A DNA stretch of 63,418 nt, counting the filler, from Folioceros fuciformis (lineage: Eukaryota), in assembly GCA_049999805.1 (NCBI GenBank). It is 10 parts of 10 records of this genome, joined end to end, with 100 filler letters (N's around TTAATTAATTAA, not from the genome) between each part and the next. Parts side by side here need not be neighbours in the genome. Positions count along the whole stretch, not along the records: positions 5,838 to 11,465 come from JBNGIO010003538.1; positions 11,566 to 23,626 come from JBNGIO010003539.1; positions 23,727 to 26,587 come from JBNGIO010003540.1; 7 more parts are not named here. One strand, 5' to 3'. Position numbers and translations under genes: made by a program. Below the pieces are notes generated by a model, which ran no database searches, was not told where the DNA came from, and saw only the letters and a program-made list of their open reading frames with translations. Positions 11,204 to 24,712 of the stretch are shown piece by piece (the first letter of the stretch is position 1; each line of letters begins with the position of its first letter).

Positions 11204-14200
11204 AGGGTAGCAGGGAAGCTGACTTCCACTCGGAGAGGATCTCCCTCCCGATTCGCCCCTGGAACCACTGTCGCGGAGCAATGCGACCTTGATGCCACCA
11301 CCCAGGAATGCTACGTGCACTCGCCTGCCTGGATCTCCCTATCCAGCAGTGGTCATCGCCAGGTGTGAACCTCCAAAGTTTGGGGTAGTAGTTTGTTTTG
11401 GTTGAAAAAGGGTTAATAGTGGTATGGTTTGGTTTTCTTTTTCAACTTATTTTTCCTAATTTTCCNNNNNNNNNNNNNNNNNNNNNNNNNNNNNNNNNNN
11501 NNNNNNNNNTTAATTAATTAANNNNNNNNNNNNNNNNNNNNNNNNNNNNNNNNNNNNNNNNNNNNCCTTCCTCTGCTGTTTCAAAATCTGGGACGTGATG
11601 TCATGTCGGCAGCCAGGGCAACACCATCCCACCTCACCTCACCCCCGCAACGGAGCTCATCATTGACGCACCCTGCCGGTGCCGCATTTCCATCGTTCCC
11701 ACTCACGTCCTTGGCTGTCGCTGCTCTTACTTGGTACTTTTCTGCCACTTACTTACGTTGGACGCCTCGAGAATTAATTAACTCACCTCACCAAGTTAAC
11801 TGTACTCCCCGCTAACAAGCACGAAAACACACATAAACACAGAAGTATGTACATACCATGTACACACAAGGCGAAGGCGAAAGCGAAGGCGAAGGCGAAG
11901 AGGCCTTCTAGTAAGGCTGGGACCCTTGCGCGGAGAATGTGCAGGCAGCATCGCATCGAACGCGATGCACGTGGAGGCTGTCCCAAGAAGCTCGCGCTAT
12001 CTCGCAATCACAGAGGTCTCATGTCATGGGCCAGGCGCAGGCGGCCAGTTCCCAGATAGCAAACCAATAAATCTTGGTTCCAGGAATTCTACTTCCCAGT
12101 TTCGACTTCCTAGTTCCGACCAACGGCCCGCTATGGGTTGCACTTTCCCTTCCCCGGGTGCCCCCGCTTCCCCGTCCCCTTCCCCTCCCCGTTCCTGCAC
12201 CCAGGTTTGTGGTTTGTGTGCACCAAGGAGGGGCAGTGACGTCCAGATGGAAGTGTAAGTGCGTAATGGCGCGGCGCCCACGCGCCTCGCGCTAGCCACA
12301 CCTGGGACCCGGAGCTCGTGGACCTATCCGGCGCCTGGGAGTAGCCCTCGTAGCATCATTGCTCTGCTCCCGGCTCCCGGCTCCCGGCCGCCCCTCCCGT
12401 CTCCCATTAATGCACCCCATTTGCAACTCCAGCCCTGCCTTTGCCCCACGCCACACCTTTCTTACCCTTCATTCACTGCCTAGTCTGCACGCACATGGAG
12501 AGACATGAGTATGTACAAGCTTTCCCTGCACCACCTGGACTTGGCTCCATTCAAACTCCACGATCAAGCCAGCACCCATCAATTCAATTACTGTATGTGT
12601 ACCCTTGCAAATGGTGTGCAATGTAGAAAGGCAACGATGGTGTCCATCCTCCATTGGCAGAGGGCCTTCGGTGTTGGGAAGGAGGAGTGTTGGGGAGGAG
12701 GAGTGTTAAGCGGTGCTTTTTGGGGTGGAGTTCGATCCATCCGATTCCTCCCCTGTTTCCCACGTTCGTTGTTGTAGACAAGCGTCACGGGAGCGACATA
12801 CCCGAAATTGAAAACAACCCACCCATCCCTCCCTTCNNNNNNNNNNNNNNNNNNNNNNNNNNNNNNNNNNNNNNNNNNNNNNNNNNNNNNNNNNNNNNNN
12901 NNNNNNNNNNNNNNNNNNNNNNNNNNNNNNNNNNNNAAGTCCAGCACAAAGATAAATCAGAATCGTAAGAAACGGGATCGCTTGGCAGAGTGGCAGAGAC
13001 TTGACAAGGGCCGTACTGTGGTTGGCAAACAGAGGGCAGAGAATGATGAGCTGCAGGTCTCCAGTGGCCATGTCAATATAACGGCTTTTCTGTTACAGCC
13101 AACAGTAGCCAGAAACGCAAATTCCTTTTTCCCTCTGCAACGGGGGGTAGCTTTAATAACTGGCAGGCCCCGAGTTCAGCATGGGGTAGTGCGCTGGAGG
13201 CTGGGGCCGAGCCTAAGTAAGGCCCGGTCCAGCCGCGGGCAATAAAGCTGGCTTTGTCTTTTACGGCAACGCCCATGAATGCAGCAGCAGAGCGAGAAGT
13301 GGAGGCGCGAGGCCATAGCCAAGGCCTTGGACCCTGTCCCACACAGTCCCATGGCGTTGGCTCGCTTTTCTTCAATTTGCGTGCAAAATGGCGGTGTCAA
13401 CTCTTGTCAGGGCAGGGCAGGGTAGGGCCGGGCCGGGCCTGGTCTTGGCCTGGCCTGGGCCGTCTCACAACACAGCCTTGGCTGCGACCTCAGCTCTGGG
13501 CCCGCGCCTGACACCCCGTTTTAGGGCTGGAGCCTCCAGGGCTCTGCAGCGGCGATGCGATCGGGAACAGGGCCTGCTGGAATATAAGAATATAATGAAT
13601 AATGAGCCACTCTCTCGCCCCATGGACGCCTCCGTTGACGCACGTCAAGGCAACCTACTCTCCTTGCCTTCGGCCAAGCGAATTCCGGTATTTGTCAGGG
13701 CCGTGTCGTCACGTGGGCAACGAGTTCTGACATTGTCTTTAATATGTTGTTTATCTCCTGAGCCTACCACCTACCCCACCACACCCCCTCCCTCACATCC
13801 ATGCTTGCTTGTGCCTGTGCTTGAGCTTGTGCCTGTTCTTGTTCTTGTGCGCTGCTGCTATGTACATAACACACACTGGTAGTCTCTAGTCTCCATGATC
13901 CTAACCGCAGTACATCCTGCACATACATACAAACGCAGGTGTGGGGTGTGTTGGAATTTGCATTGCCCGTCTCCCAGATGTCTCTCCTTTCTCTATGATC
14001 CCAACAACACACGCACAAGATAAAAAGACAGCAGAAGCGATGAAAGCACAGGGCGGGAGGAATCATCACAGCCTACCACCACAACCAACACCCGGGTCTC
14101 TCCTTCCGAACCACATTCCGTGAATGCTTTGTATATGGAGGAAGGTGCAGGGATTCTTCTTTTGCCACCGTCCCAACGGGCAAAGGAACTGGAATTGGGA

Positions 14201-17200
14201 CTGTCCTGCCAAGACCAACCCCACCTAGATACAATACTTAAATCCATGGCAAGCTAGATTACTTACTTATCATCCGGTGCAGCTCATTGACCGGTGTTTA
14301 ATATGGATGTATGTGGACTATGCATGCTCATGTGTGTCCTTTTGGTGCCTGCAGCTTTCCTCACCAGTCCGCGCAGTACACATTCGTCGTAGTGCGGCTG
14401 GTGGGTCTGTGGGGGGTTTACGGTGATGGGCCCCCAAACCCGATCGGGACCAGGACCAGGACCGGGATCGGGATCGGGTTAGGTTGATTAGGAGTCAATT
14501 TTGCGGAAAGTGGAACGTTTTGCACATGATGAGTAAGTGGAGGTCCATTTGGTATTTGGTGCAAGAAGGCATGCGATCATCGTTGCCCTGGTGGGGTTGC
14601 TCGGTTCAATCAGCCTGACTGTGATTGCCTAACTTATCCGTCGCATTATTTGGCCTATTAGTGAGAATGCATTGTTCATGGAATCGGAATATGAGAGGTT
14701 ATGAAAGTGGGTGCCAGCTGATTCCTGTTTAATTTTGTTTTGAGCGTCCGAGTAAGGGCCAGGATGCATTTCTTTTGTGTTTGTGTGGCCGGGAGTTTGT
14801 TGACTGCTTGGACCATTGGAAGCAGATGGCGGTCACCATGGTGTTAAAAACAAATGTATTGAATATGTATGAGGAGGATGGTGGGGTACGAATACCTGTC
14901 CCTTCATTGTATTGTATTTGTACGTGCCTGGGTACAGTGTGTACAGGAGGTGCACTCTTGGTGCTGCCTGGCAGGGCAGTGGCTGTACACTCCTTGTCTT
15001 TATTTTTGTTTCTTTGAAAAGCGGCCAACAGATTCTATTCGCTTGCAGTGAACGTCACCTTGGTGGTGCATGCAATGGAGTTGGGTCCCGAAAGTGGTGT
15101 TTGAGAGTACGCACTGGCGTGGGCATACTGTCACACGGAGAAGCACTTTGTATGTCTGTACAGGCTTTCATGTGCCATGCTCCAGAAACACTAACTGCGC
15201 TGCAGCACAAGACGCAACAGCCAGCTGCAGCTGCCGACAGGTTCATGTTCTGGCCGCTACATAGTCAGTGGATGCACATACCTGCTGTATGCATACATGC
15301 TTCCACAACTTGATGGCAATGAGAAGGAGATTGGTGAAACCGAGGACCGGTTCCCATTATTTAGCCAGGTGCAGGCTGGGATGGGAATCCACTCTCCACA
15401 CAGCAGGGTGGTGGTGGGATGAAGTGGGTGGGTAAAGGAAGCGAGAATTCATCAGCAGCTGGTCCATGTACACATGCTGCAAAAAGGCCCGCCTGTGTGG
15501 CGCCCTGGCCTGCCCTAATGATTTGAGGTGGAATCAGTAGGTGCAGGCTGATGATACTTCCTGCAGGGGCAGCGGCAGGAGCAGTGAGCAGGCATTATGA
15601 AGCTCGTGTGCCAGATTACAAGCCTCTAATGAGCCGAGATCGGGGCTGGGCACATGAGGTCAGAGTGACGTGCGTGCAACAGGGACCGAGTTAAGGCTGG
15701 ATTAAGTATTGTAAATGGGGCCGCTGCAGGAATCTGTGCTTAGGGCTCATGAGCTTTGCAGAGTTTTGTCTGTTTGGCTGGTTGGAGAGCGTGTGACATA
15801 AACCTGCGGAGAGAGATTCTTCGATGCGTCCAAGGAGTCCCAGGGCAAACGAACGTGCAAGCAATACGCACATACGCAATGAATAGTGTAATTCTCGCCC
15901 CGATCAAGTTGCTTACACATGTACATGTCCTTGGCACTGTCGGCAGTAGCGGATCTATCCGGGCCCTTATCCGCCCAGCCTCCACACTAAGCGGGCTGCT
16001 GTTCTTATCGACATTCCAAGATGGATTTGGTTTTCCGGTGCGAATGTTGTATCGTTGTGTGTGACTTAAGCCAGGTAAGCCTTGCTCTGAACCTGGCTTG
16101 GTCTGAACTCTGAGCTCTGATTTGCTCTCAGTGAGTCCCGAGCTGTAGGGAGGCTGTGTGAGTAGCAGGAGCTGCTGTCCTGATCTGACAGTTGGGAAGT
16201 TGGTGACCAAGCCAGGAGTGGCAGCATCGAATCCCAGCTCAAATGGGAAACCTGGTTATGTAGGCTCTTTTTCCATTCGTTGCACCCGGGCAGTGGGCAT
16301 GCGAGGGATCATGGCAGCAGGCTGCAGACCTGCAGAAAGCACAGCAGCCTTTGTTGAAGAAAATACTTGTTTTTAGCGAAAGCAGGCGCGGTGGGTTGTA
16401 GGATTGTTAAGCGGGCCTAGAATCTTTTTGAGAAGTGCACCGGTTGCGAGGTGTACCAGTTCTCGCAACTGGCGTGTCGCTGCAGCACGCAGCTTCCTAA
16501 GGATGCTGGCTGCTGGCTCCTGGCTGATAATATCTATGTCACCAAGGAAACTGGAGAGAGCTACGGCAGGCACATGGGCGTGAGGTGCGGTGAAACGCTG
16601 CCCGATGAGCATTGCAGAAACGGGAGGCGTGACGTCCGTATCCGATTCCACACTCTCCCCCCGGCTTCCCCCCCCCCTCCCGTCTTCCTCGCAGAACTCT
16701 GCCGCCCCCGGATCTGTTCCGTTACTTGAGCTGGGCGTACCGTGTGGATCTCCAGGTGGCTTCGGATAAGAGAGCTGCTCCTGCTTGCTGCTGCCTGCCT
16801 GCCGCCTGCACGGACCTCACTGCTGTCGGCTTTTCCTTTTAACGCATGCCCAATGTAGGCTGCAACTGGTAGGCCAGCCTGCGCTCCAAATCTCTCAGAA
16901 ATCCGCACTTATTAAATATTGTGCGATGCCCTGGCAGTGGCGCTCCCTCTAGCTGGCTGCTGTGCAGCAGGCAGCAGTCAGCAGCCTCATCACAACAGTG
17001 GGCCGGGGCTGGGGCCGGGCCCGGGCCCGTGCCCGTGCCCGAGGGGACGGACACCCGCCACCACCACCTTCCCACGTCCAGCTCCCCCCTTCCCTCTCAC
17101 ACTTTCCAAAGCAAAAGAGCACCCACCGCCGTTCATCTCCATCTCCTTGGCGGTTTGACCCCTTGACCCCTAGCCCTAACCCTAAGAAGCCCTAGCCCAT

Positions 17201-19913
17201 CATCCCACCTCTGTGTGGCAATCAAACACGCTGCACCGGAGGAACCGATGGCCAGGACTGGCAGTTGAATGCGCAAGCTCACCGAAGCCTTGCTTTGTTG
17301 AACCGATATTCTAGACATCATCCCTGGTTTCAGCAGGCTGGTGGTCTAACAATTACGGCCCTTGTTTTGGCCATCGATATCCTTCCTTACACTGTTCCCG
17401 TTCCTGTTCCTGTTCCTGTGCCCCACAGCCCGAGGAAGGGGAGGGAGACAAGGAGGTGAAGAACACAGGACGTGCTCCCGAATTCGGGAATTCGGGAGTT
17501 CGGAAATTTCGGCGAATTCGGGACGAGCTTTTATTTCAGCCTGGCCTTTCAAAGGGCCTTTTGATTCGAAGAAGGTGGGGAGACATGGACAACTCCATGG
17601 ATGGAAATTGAATTGAATGAATGCATGGATCGGGGAATTCGAGAATCGGGACGGAATCCGGGCCCGGGCCCCGGCCCCGGCCACGGGAGTAATAAAGCCT
17701 GGTTCAAGGTCAGCGCGAGTCTGCCAAAGCCCACCGTTCCGTTGGAAGGCCCATGATTGGGAGCAGGGCAACGGCGTCGTGAGCCATTAATGAGGGGCCG
17801 TAAATTATTCAGTTCCAGTTGACTTATATACGGCAGAAATCCAGGAAAGAGGAAATAGAGTTGCAGCGTCGATACGCGGGCCACCCCAACGTGACTTTCA
17901 TTCTTTCCGTTTCGGGGGGCTAGCCCTCCTCTTGTTCTCGGTTGGGCGTGTCGGAGGATCTGTGATTGTTGCTGCTGTAGCACCAAACATGGGCCGATTT
18001 TGTTTCTTGCGCTCGGTTGCCTCGCATTGCAGAACAGAACAGAGCAGTTGCAGGGCCCGGTGCACCTCCCCCGGCCCGGCCTCGAGGCCAGTCCCATAAT
18101 GTGGCGGCCTGAGCCGGCCCGGCTCCGGCCGGGCTCTACCTCTGTCTCTGCCTCGGCCTATGCCGCTGCCGCTGCCTCAGCCTCTGCCGCTGCCCTGCCA
18201 CAGAGAGGCCCCACCCTATGCAGGTTGACCCTTGCCCCCGCTTGGAGGCCCTGTTTCGAGGACGCAGCACAATTTGGGCAAGGCACTCAGCAGAAGCGGC
18301 ACTCATGAAAGGAAGTGAGGAGGAATATGGATCTCTGGCAGGGACAGGGCCGAGGCCCAGGTTCTCACATGAACGGGTGGGTTGGGATGTCCACTGCGGA
18401 GGGCATTACGGGGGTCCTCATCCTTCACGTGAGAGCCAGCCGGGATTGTTACAAGCCTGCTGGAGGCGGGATGTGAAGCCTGCCTGCTCCACCTGCTGCC
18501 GCTGCCTTTGCCTTGGAAGCTGCTACACTCCTGCTACAATGCATGCATTGGGTAATGGCGACCGTACCGTGGGTAATAATAGGGTGTTGAAGAGAGGGAG
18601 GGAAAATGGGTCCTTGATGAACGTGCGTACCTCTATATGCCGATCCAGGCCAGTCCTTTGTCTGTGTGTGGTTGTGCAGCGGCTGGCGCACCAGGGAGAG
18701 GGAGACTGCTGAAGGCAGGGCGCAAGGCAAATGATTGTCATGCCAGAGAGCCAATCATGCATCCAAGCGTTTGAGTCAAAAGACAATTCCCACTAGCGCA
18801 GGAGTTGTTGGTGGGTGAAAGTACTCTGCTCAGCTGCCGCTGCTGCTGTGTGCTATGCTTGGCTGATAGGCTTTGCAGAGATAAGTACCTGTACTTAGTC
18901 GCCACCTTCACACTTGGGGGCATCTCGTTGGCTCGCTGCACATGGCGGGGGTTGACAACCTGCGCCAAACAGAACAGAGTGTTTCCCAAACTCCTGTTAA
19001 CCGAGCACGGGGAATGGTTAGGTGAAGTGGGCCGAGCAACCTCATGCTGGTGGTTACACTGAGGTGAGGGAAGGAGGGGGGAGGTAACAGGTTCGTGTTT
19101 GTTCAATTCTGCCCACTCCGCCCTCACATGGACGCACCCACAGACCTGACTACAGTTTGGCCAGGCTACAGGCAGGCGGGCATTGTACCTCCCAACCGCT
19201 TCATCATAATGTTGCCTGAAACAGCAGACACCCAGACCATCGCATTAGGCTGGCAAGCTGTGACCACGAAACATTTGATACCAACTGTCCGAGAGGGACA
19301 GGAAGCAGCGCAACAGGGCCATTCCAAAACCTTTTAGACGAGGGACGCATCCTGAAAGGGTTGCTGTCCACACTCTTATTGCCTCCTATGTCATACATGA
19401 ATCTCTCAAGATGTCAGTTCTACAACCAGCAACGATGTTCACCTTCACTGAAAAATAACATCCGTGCTAGAGAGGGTTAGCCCCCATCCGACATCCCATC
19501 CAACCTCTGCACGACTTGCTACTCTGAGCTCCCCACTCTCTTCCCATGCCCACACTCTCTTTCCGAGGGGAGCATTCCTGGACCCAAGTACGAAAGAACA
19601 TGACCACGGCTGTCGTAGTCCAAGAATAAATCTTTTCCTACTCAGAAACATTTGGCCCCATAAAATGGTGGCTTTCCCCCCTGCTCCTCCGAACCCAGTC
19701 TCCCAGCGCAGCCTCCAGTGCCCATCCCTGCATACCCACAACTGATATCAACAACAAGCAAATGGTAACCCGATACCAACCGTCTGAGCCAAGACTTTTC
19801 ATCTATTTCAGACACCAACTTAAGACATGCAATCGCACGGCGGGGAAAAACAATGACGCTTACATTTTGTTGTCGCAAATGTGAATGTGCCACCCGGGCA
19901 GGGAGGAGACACT

Positions 19914-21983
19914 TCAAAGATCAGCCATGTTGAAATTCCACTTCAAATAAGCCACACCTTTAACTCCCCGCATAGGTAGTCGTGACTCGTCTGAGATGGA
20001 AAGGGAGAGACCCTCTGTGTACTTCGCAAGATGAGGGGCATGATACAAGAGTCTCGCACATGCTGCCAAGTGCTGCTCATTGGTAATCGTCACATCAAAC
20101 ACCAAGGTTCGCAACCGTAAGGCCTTTCTAACTTGTACCTTCATATCCTCCAGCCTTTTCTCCTCAGCTTTGTATCTTCTTCTGTGAATAAGAGCATCTC
20201 CCCCTTGCTCCTCAATATATCTGTAAATATTCAGGAGCCCTTCGCAAACTGGTACCGAGATGTAACCCATACTTGTGTCCACCAAAAAGGGGTCAGATAC
20301 CATGTCTTGCAGATCTCTCCTAGAGTCCGAAACCCGTATGGGCAGCTCAGAAAACTTCCCATCACCAACGGCACCCTGTATAAGGGCATCCTGAGCCATT
20401 CGGTGAAGGAAGAAGGAATAATCAGGATGAACAGCCAGTGAGCTGTGTGTGAAAACCATCTCCACCTCCATCAAGTGAGCCACCTCAAACTCTTTGACCC
20501 GCCGTGCGTGAACGTTTGTTCTTCTTTGTGCCGCTGTGATAAGGTCAGCCTCCATAAGAAATCTTGACCAAGACTCCTTGTCGTCCTCATAATTCAACCA
20601 CACATTGCCTAGAAGATCCACACCATACCCCTTCCCCACTATGACTGGACATCCTGAGATCGCGATGTTCTTGGCCATGTCCAGCGATGCAGCCAGCTTT
20701 TCCAACGCCTCCAGCTGCTGCCTGGCTGAAGCCTCTGCCAGAGGTGACCTGAATGATGCTGTCACACCGCGGCCCATCCTCAAGGCATTTCTCACGACAA
20801 TCATTTGTTGATCCAAACTAAGAAGAGCTGCTTCATTTGCCCTCTGTATTTCTGATGCTCGCTGAAAGAAGTCAACAAGGCTAAATTTCTCCTCGCTGCC
20901 AGTCAGATCACCAGAGACATGCGAAGCCAGGCCACAGGCAGACAGCAGACGACCAATTGATGCACGGGTGTCAGGCATCAACTCCGGTCCCCTTTCTGGA
21001 TGGTGACGAACTTTTGGCGCAGGAAGCGAGATTTCAACTTTTTCCAGCATTTTATCACTAGCATCGCGCCTGATGTAAAACTCAAAGTCATAGACAAACT
21101 TCTTAGAGCTGACGTCTGCACTCTTCACCACATTCAAGTACTCCTGCAGTAGCTGAAACGACCGTAGGTTGATTGCCTGCTATGCATACAAATGCATCAG
21201 AAGAGGAACATCAACGTTTTGTACCAGCAGACCGCTCCTCATTGCCATTTTTGGTATAAACTTTCAGGGCTACGTAAAGTAGGCACTAAAGCATGATAAA
21301 TCTTAATCACAGGAGCGTTTGGCACAATGTAGCTGGTTACTCTGCTGCACGAACGGAGAAGGACACCGGTACTGTTTCAACGAAATACAAAAAGCCCGCA
21401 GGACTGCAGAAGACCGTTGACAAATACAATGGCAGTGTACTGATGAATACATGGCCTTCAGGAATCACAAGACACAAGCTCCAGTCAACTCCGAACAACC
21501 AAATGTACAGTCCAGCCATCACCGACCACGCTTCTCAGTGCCATTTTTGGTATTAACTTCCAAGGCTGCTTTAACAGCCAATCAAGATTGAAATTTTCCA
21601 TCATGAAAGCTGGACGGCCATGGACTAATGCAACGCAAAAATCAAATACTTAACATCGCCGCCTGCGTATCCTTCACAGAAGACAGGGATCACAGACAAA
21701 CGATGGAATGGGACTCACGCGCAAATCAAAAATCATCGAGAGAACATAACAAAGACAGATTTGTTTGAAAACCGACATTTTGTCAAAGGCCGCACACAGG
21801 CTCACGACTGACCTGTTCCGCAGGGAGGCCGTGGAGCATATCCGGATGGACCAGTTTGAACAGCCGGCGCAATTCCTCCTTCAACGTCTGACTTGAACCG
21901 TGCGCCGTAGCTTGATGAGCCGACCGCAATAGCGAGCACCAGGGCCTGCTGCTGAATCTGACGAACTGCTTGAGAACCTGCAT
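19914..21983 (-). CDS. TCAIM-like mitochondrial protein (DUF4460/DUF4461), 2 exons
   Basis: Exon 1 21983-21813 (transit-like N-terminus, LRRLFKLVHPDMLHG) joins in frame through a GT-AG intron to exon 2 21176-19914 (AINLRSFQLLQEYL...). Motif resembles the TCAIM N-terminus. Confidence 0.7.
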
Positions 21984-22490
21984 CTGCTAGATACCAGAGA
22001 CATTGTAACAAGAAAATGGACACGGGGACGAGCCATTTCTTCGTCCAAGCAGAAGAAACGAGATTGCGTCGAGCAAAACGTCAGAATACCTTGCAACGCA
22101 GCTGACATATCTAAGACCCCCGCTGCTTTGCGCCCACACTCAGGGTGGAGCTCTGATCTCTCCATCGACAGACAATGAAATGGTGTGATTGGGTGTTTGC
22201 GAACCCTAAAGGAAGCTTCACTTGACATGCCACCCTAAATTATTAGACGAGCACTCTCTGTGAGTGAAGCGCACATTGAAAGTTCGATTTCGCCGTCGTC
22301 CAAACCCAACCAGCATCAGGGATTGGAGCAAGTCTTCAGGAAACACGATGATATCGACTGCGAGACATGGACATCGAAGGGGCTTTGGTGCTTGCCATGC
22401 TTGGGGCCTCCGTAGCCTTGAGCGCATTTCTTTGCTTTAGGGTATCAAAAATGGATTGATCTTGCTCCTCACATGTAAAGGACTTTGGAA

Positions 22491-23225
22491 ATGGTAGGAG
22501 TTGAGACTTTAGCCATAGCTATCGTGCTTAGTGCATACATTATGCTAGGCTCTTTTTTATTTTTCAGTTTTAATTCTCCTACATCTACATCTCTCGTCCA
22601 AGATGTTGCGAAACCAGCCATCCAGGGAACTAACAATGCTGACAGGGTTCCTATTGAATTTCAAAATGAAGAATCGTACCACTGCTACATGTTTGGATTT
22701 CCTATCCCTAATTTCTTATGTGCAACATCTCACCAACTAGAAATATGGAGACACGGTTACCTACTTAAAAACAACCAGATATTTGAAGGAAGTGAAATTG
22801 ATAGACACAAGTACATCCCACCTTCCAAATGTAATACAAAAATGCACAAGACACAAAATATTGATGAAGAAATAGAAAACTACAAGTGTCAAATTGAGGA
22901 CCTTAAAATGAAAAACATAGAGATGGCTATGGAATTAAAGAGAATGCAAGGTACTTATGTGATACCTTCATACATAGAACAATCACAAATTAAAAAAAAT
23001 TCTCAAAAAGAAATTACAACTAATGTTGAAAATTTTGATTTACTTGAAAAGTTAGCTTATTTAGAAAAAGCATTGACTCAATGCAGGTATGTCATTTTGT
23101 TCTATTTTCTTTTTACAAAGTTTGTGGTTCTTCTTACCTTATGGATACATGCTCCTAAAGTATGGCATTTTTATAAACCTTCAGAGTTCACAGTGGAGTC
23201 TAAATCTTTGCTATGCACTTCTTAA
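22491..23225 (+). CDS. Unknown AT-rich ORF: N-terminal hydrophobic segment plus coiled coil; possibly TE-borne or a pseudogene
   Basis: About 245 open codons in AT-rich DNA; possible splice donor CAG|GTATGT near 23086. Confidence 0.35.
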   Translation: MVGVETLAIAIVLSAYIMLGSFLFFSFNSPTSTSLVQDVAKPAIQGTNNADRVPIEFQNEESYHCYMFGFPIPNFLCATSHQLEIWRHGYLLKNNQIFEGSEIDRHKYIPPSKCNTKMHKTQNIDEEIENYKCQIEDLKMKNIEMAMELKRMQGTYVIPSYIEQSQIKKNSQKEITTNVENFDLLEKLAYLEKALTQCRYVILFYFLFTKFVVLLTLWIHAPKVWHFYKPSEFTVESKSLLCTS

Positions 23226-24114
23226 ATGTAATTATTGTCATATTTTTAATACTTTTCATAAAATATAAAATAATATGATATTTTAATAATTAATGAAAAT
23301 AAAAAGAATTCATGTTAGATGATTTTTCAAGGAGTGTGGTGTTGTACTTGCTTTGAAATTTAAAGGAAGCTTAAATAGATTAAGAAGAGTACACCAAAAA
23401 TATTGTTAAAATTTGAAACAATTATACGATTTTGGTATGTTTTGCTAAGATTGGCTCTGAATTAACTAAGAAGATTATTTTGTTTTTAATATTCTTCATT
23501 AACTTTTTTATCTCAATTATTAACCTCAAATATAAGCTTCCCTCAAAACTTAGGATGTCTTGCAAATTTTTACTCTATCATAGCATAGAAAACATTGTGA
23601 ACAATGTATCTAGTTTTTGAAAATAANNNNNNNNNNNNNNNNNNNNNNNNNNNNNNNNNNNNNNNNNNNNTTAATTAATTAANNNNNNNNNNNNNNNNNN
23701 NNNNNNNNNNNNNNNNNNNNNNNNNNTGCCCACAACTTCGCCATTTGTGCTGTATGAGGGGAATGGCAGCGCACCTTCACAGCTGCCTGTAGACCTGACC
23801 GCAGGATAAAAGACACTATGTATGAACCGAAATGAAGAAAAACGTTGTGTCCTTTCGATCCACAAAGACGGTAGAGGTAGAGAAAAGAATTTTCTATACG
23901 ATGTATAAGTAGGGTTGGATGCCGTGGGCGAAGTAGAGTAGAGGAATATTCCTTATATGCCATAGAATATTCACATATAAAATTACATTCTCGTATTTCA
24001 ACTAAAAAATATGAGCCTGTAGTCCCTATCCGCATCAGTATTCCATAACTCTGTTCCATCAGCATTGTCATGCAAGTTGCATAGTTCTAGAAGAATTTTA
24101 AGCTTTCAAAAAGC

Positions 24115-24390
24115 TCAATTATATGTCGATGGATCAAATGGTGGTTCTCGCCATTCACTTGGAGGAACTCTTCTTCTTCTTGGATATCTCGGTTCAGGTA
24201 TAGGTCTTCTACACAGAGGACATGATGGGCAAACAGCCTTTTCAACCCATTTAATAATACATTCTTTATGGAAAACATGTTTGCATACTTTCAATTGTAC
24301 AATGGCCTTTTTCGCTTCCATGGTCGAAAGGCAGATGGCGCAATCTTTGTCATTCTTCTTCTCTATAGCTTGATGTCGTGTTGTAACCAT
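24115..24390 (-). CDS. Small RING-H2 zinc-finger protein (possible fragment or pseudogene)
   Basis: CAICLSTM...LKVCKHVFHKECIIKW...CPLCR, a complete C3H2C3 pattern; intronless. Confidence 0.75.
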   Translation of the reverse strand: MVTTRHQAIEKKNDKDCAICLSTMEAKKAIVQLKVCKHVFHKECIIKWVEKAVCPSCPLCRRPIPEPRYPRRRRVPPSEWREPPFDPSTYN

Positions 24391-24712
24391 CTTTTATGTG
24401 GTTTTAGTTGTATACTAGAAACATGTATTTATCTTAAAAATTGAATGTCTTAAAAAACGGTGGGTTGCAAGATCAATATATAAAAAGTAATGAGGTACAC
24501 AAACATATATGGTCTTCACACATAACAATATATCAGTAAGATTAAGTAAGTTTTTCTCAATGTTAGTAATATTCTATATATAATTCTTTGTGTTGCATAA
24601 ACCATATGGATTTCTAACACTCTCGTTCAATATAGCAATATAATGTAGATTCTAGTGATAGAAAGATAATTAATATGAGATATCTGTTATAAGCCTTAAA
24701 CCCTTAAGATAA

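Noticed and set aside
13995..14123. Possible secreted peptide precursor (...PQPTPGSLLPNHIP)
   Set aside because: No supported signal-peptide exon and no match to CLE, CEP or PIP motifs.
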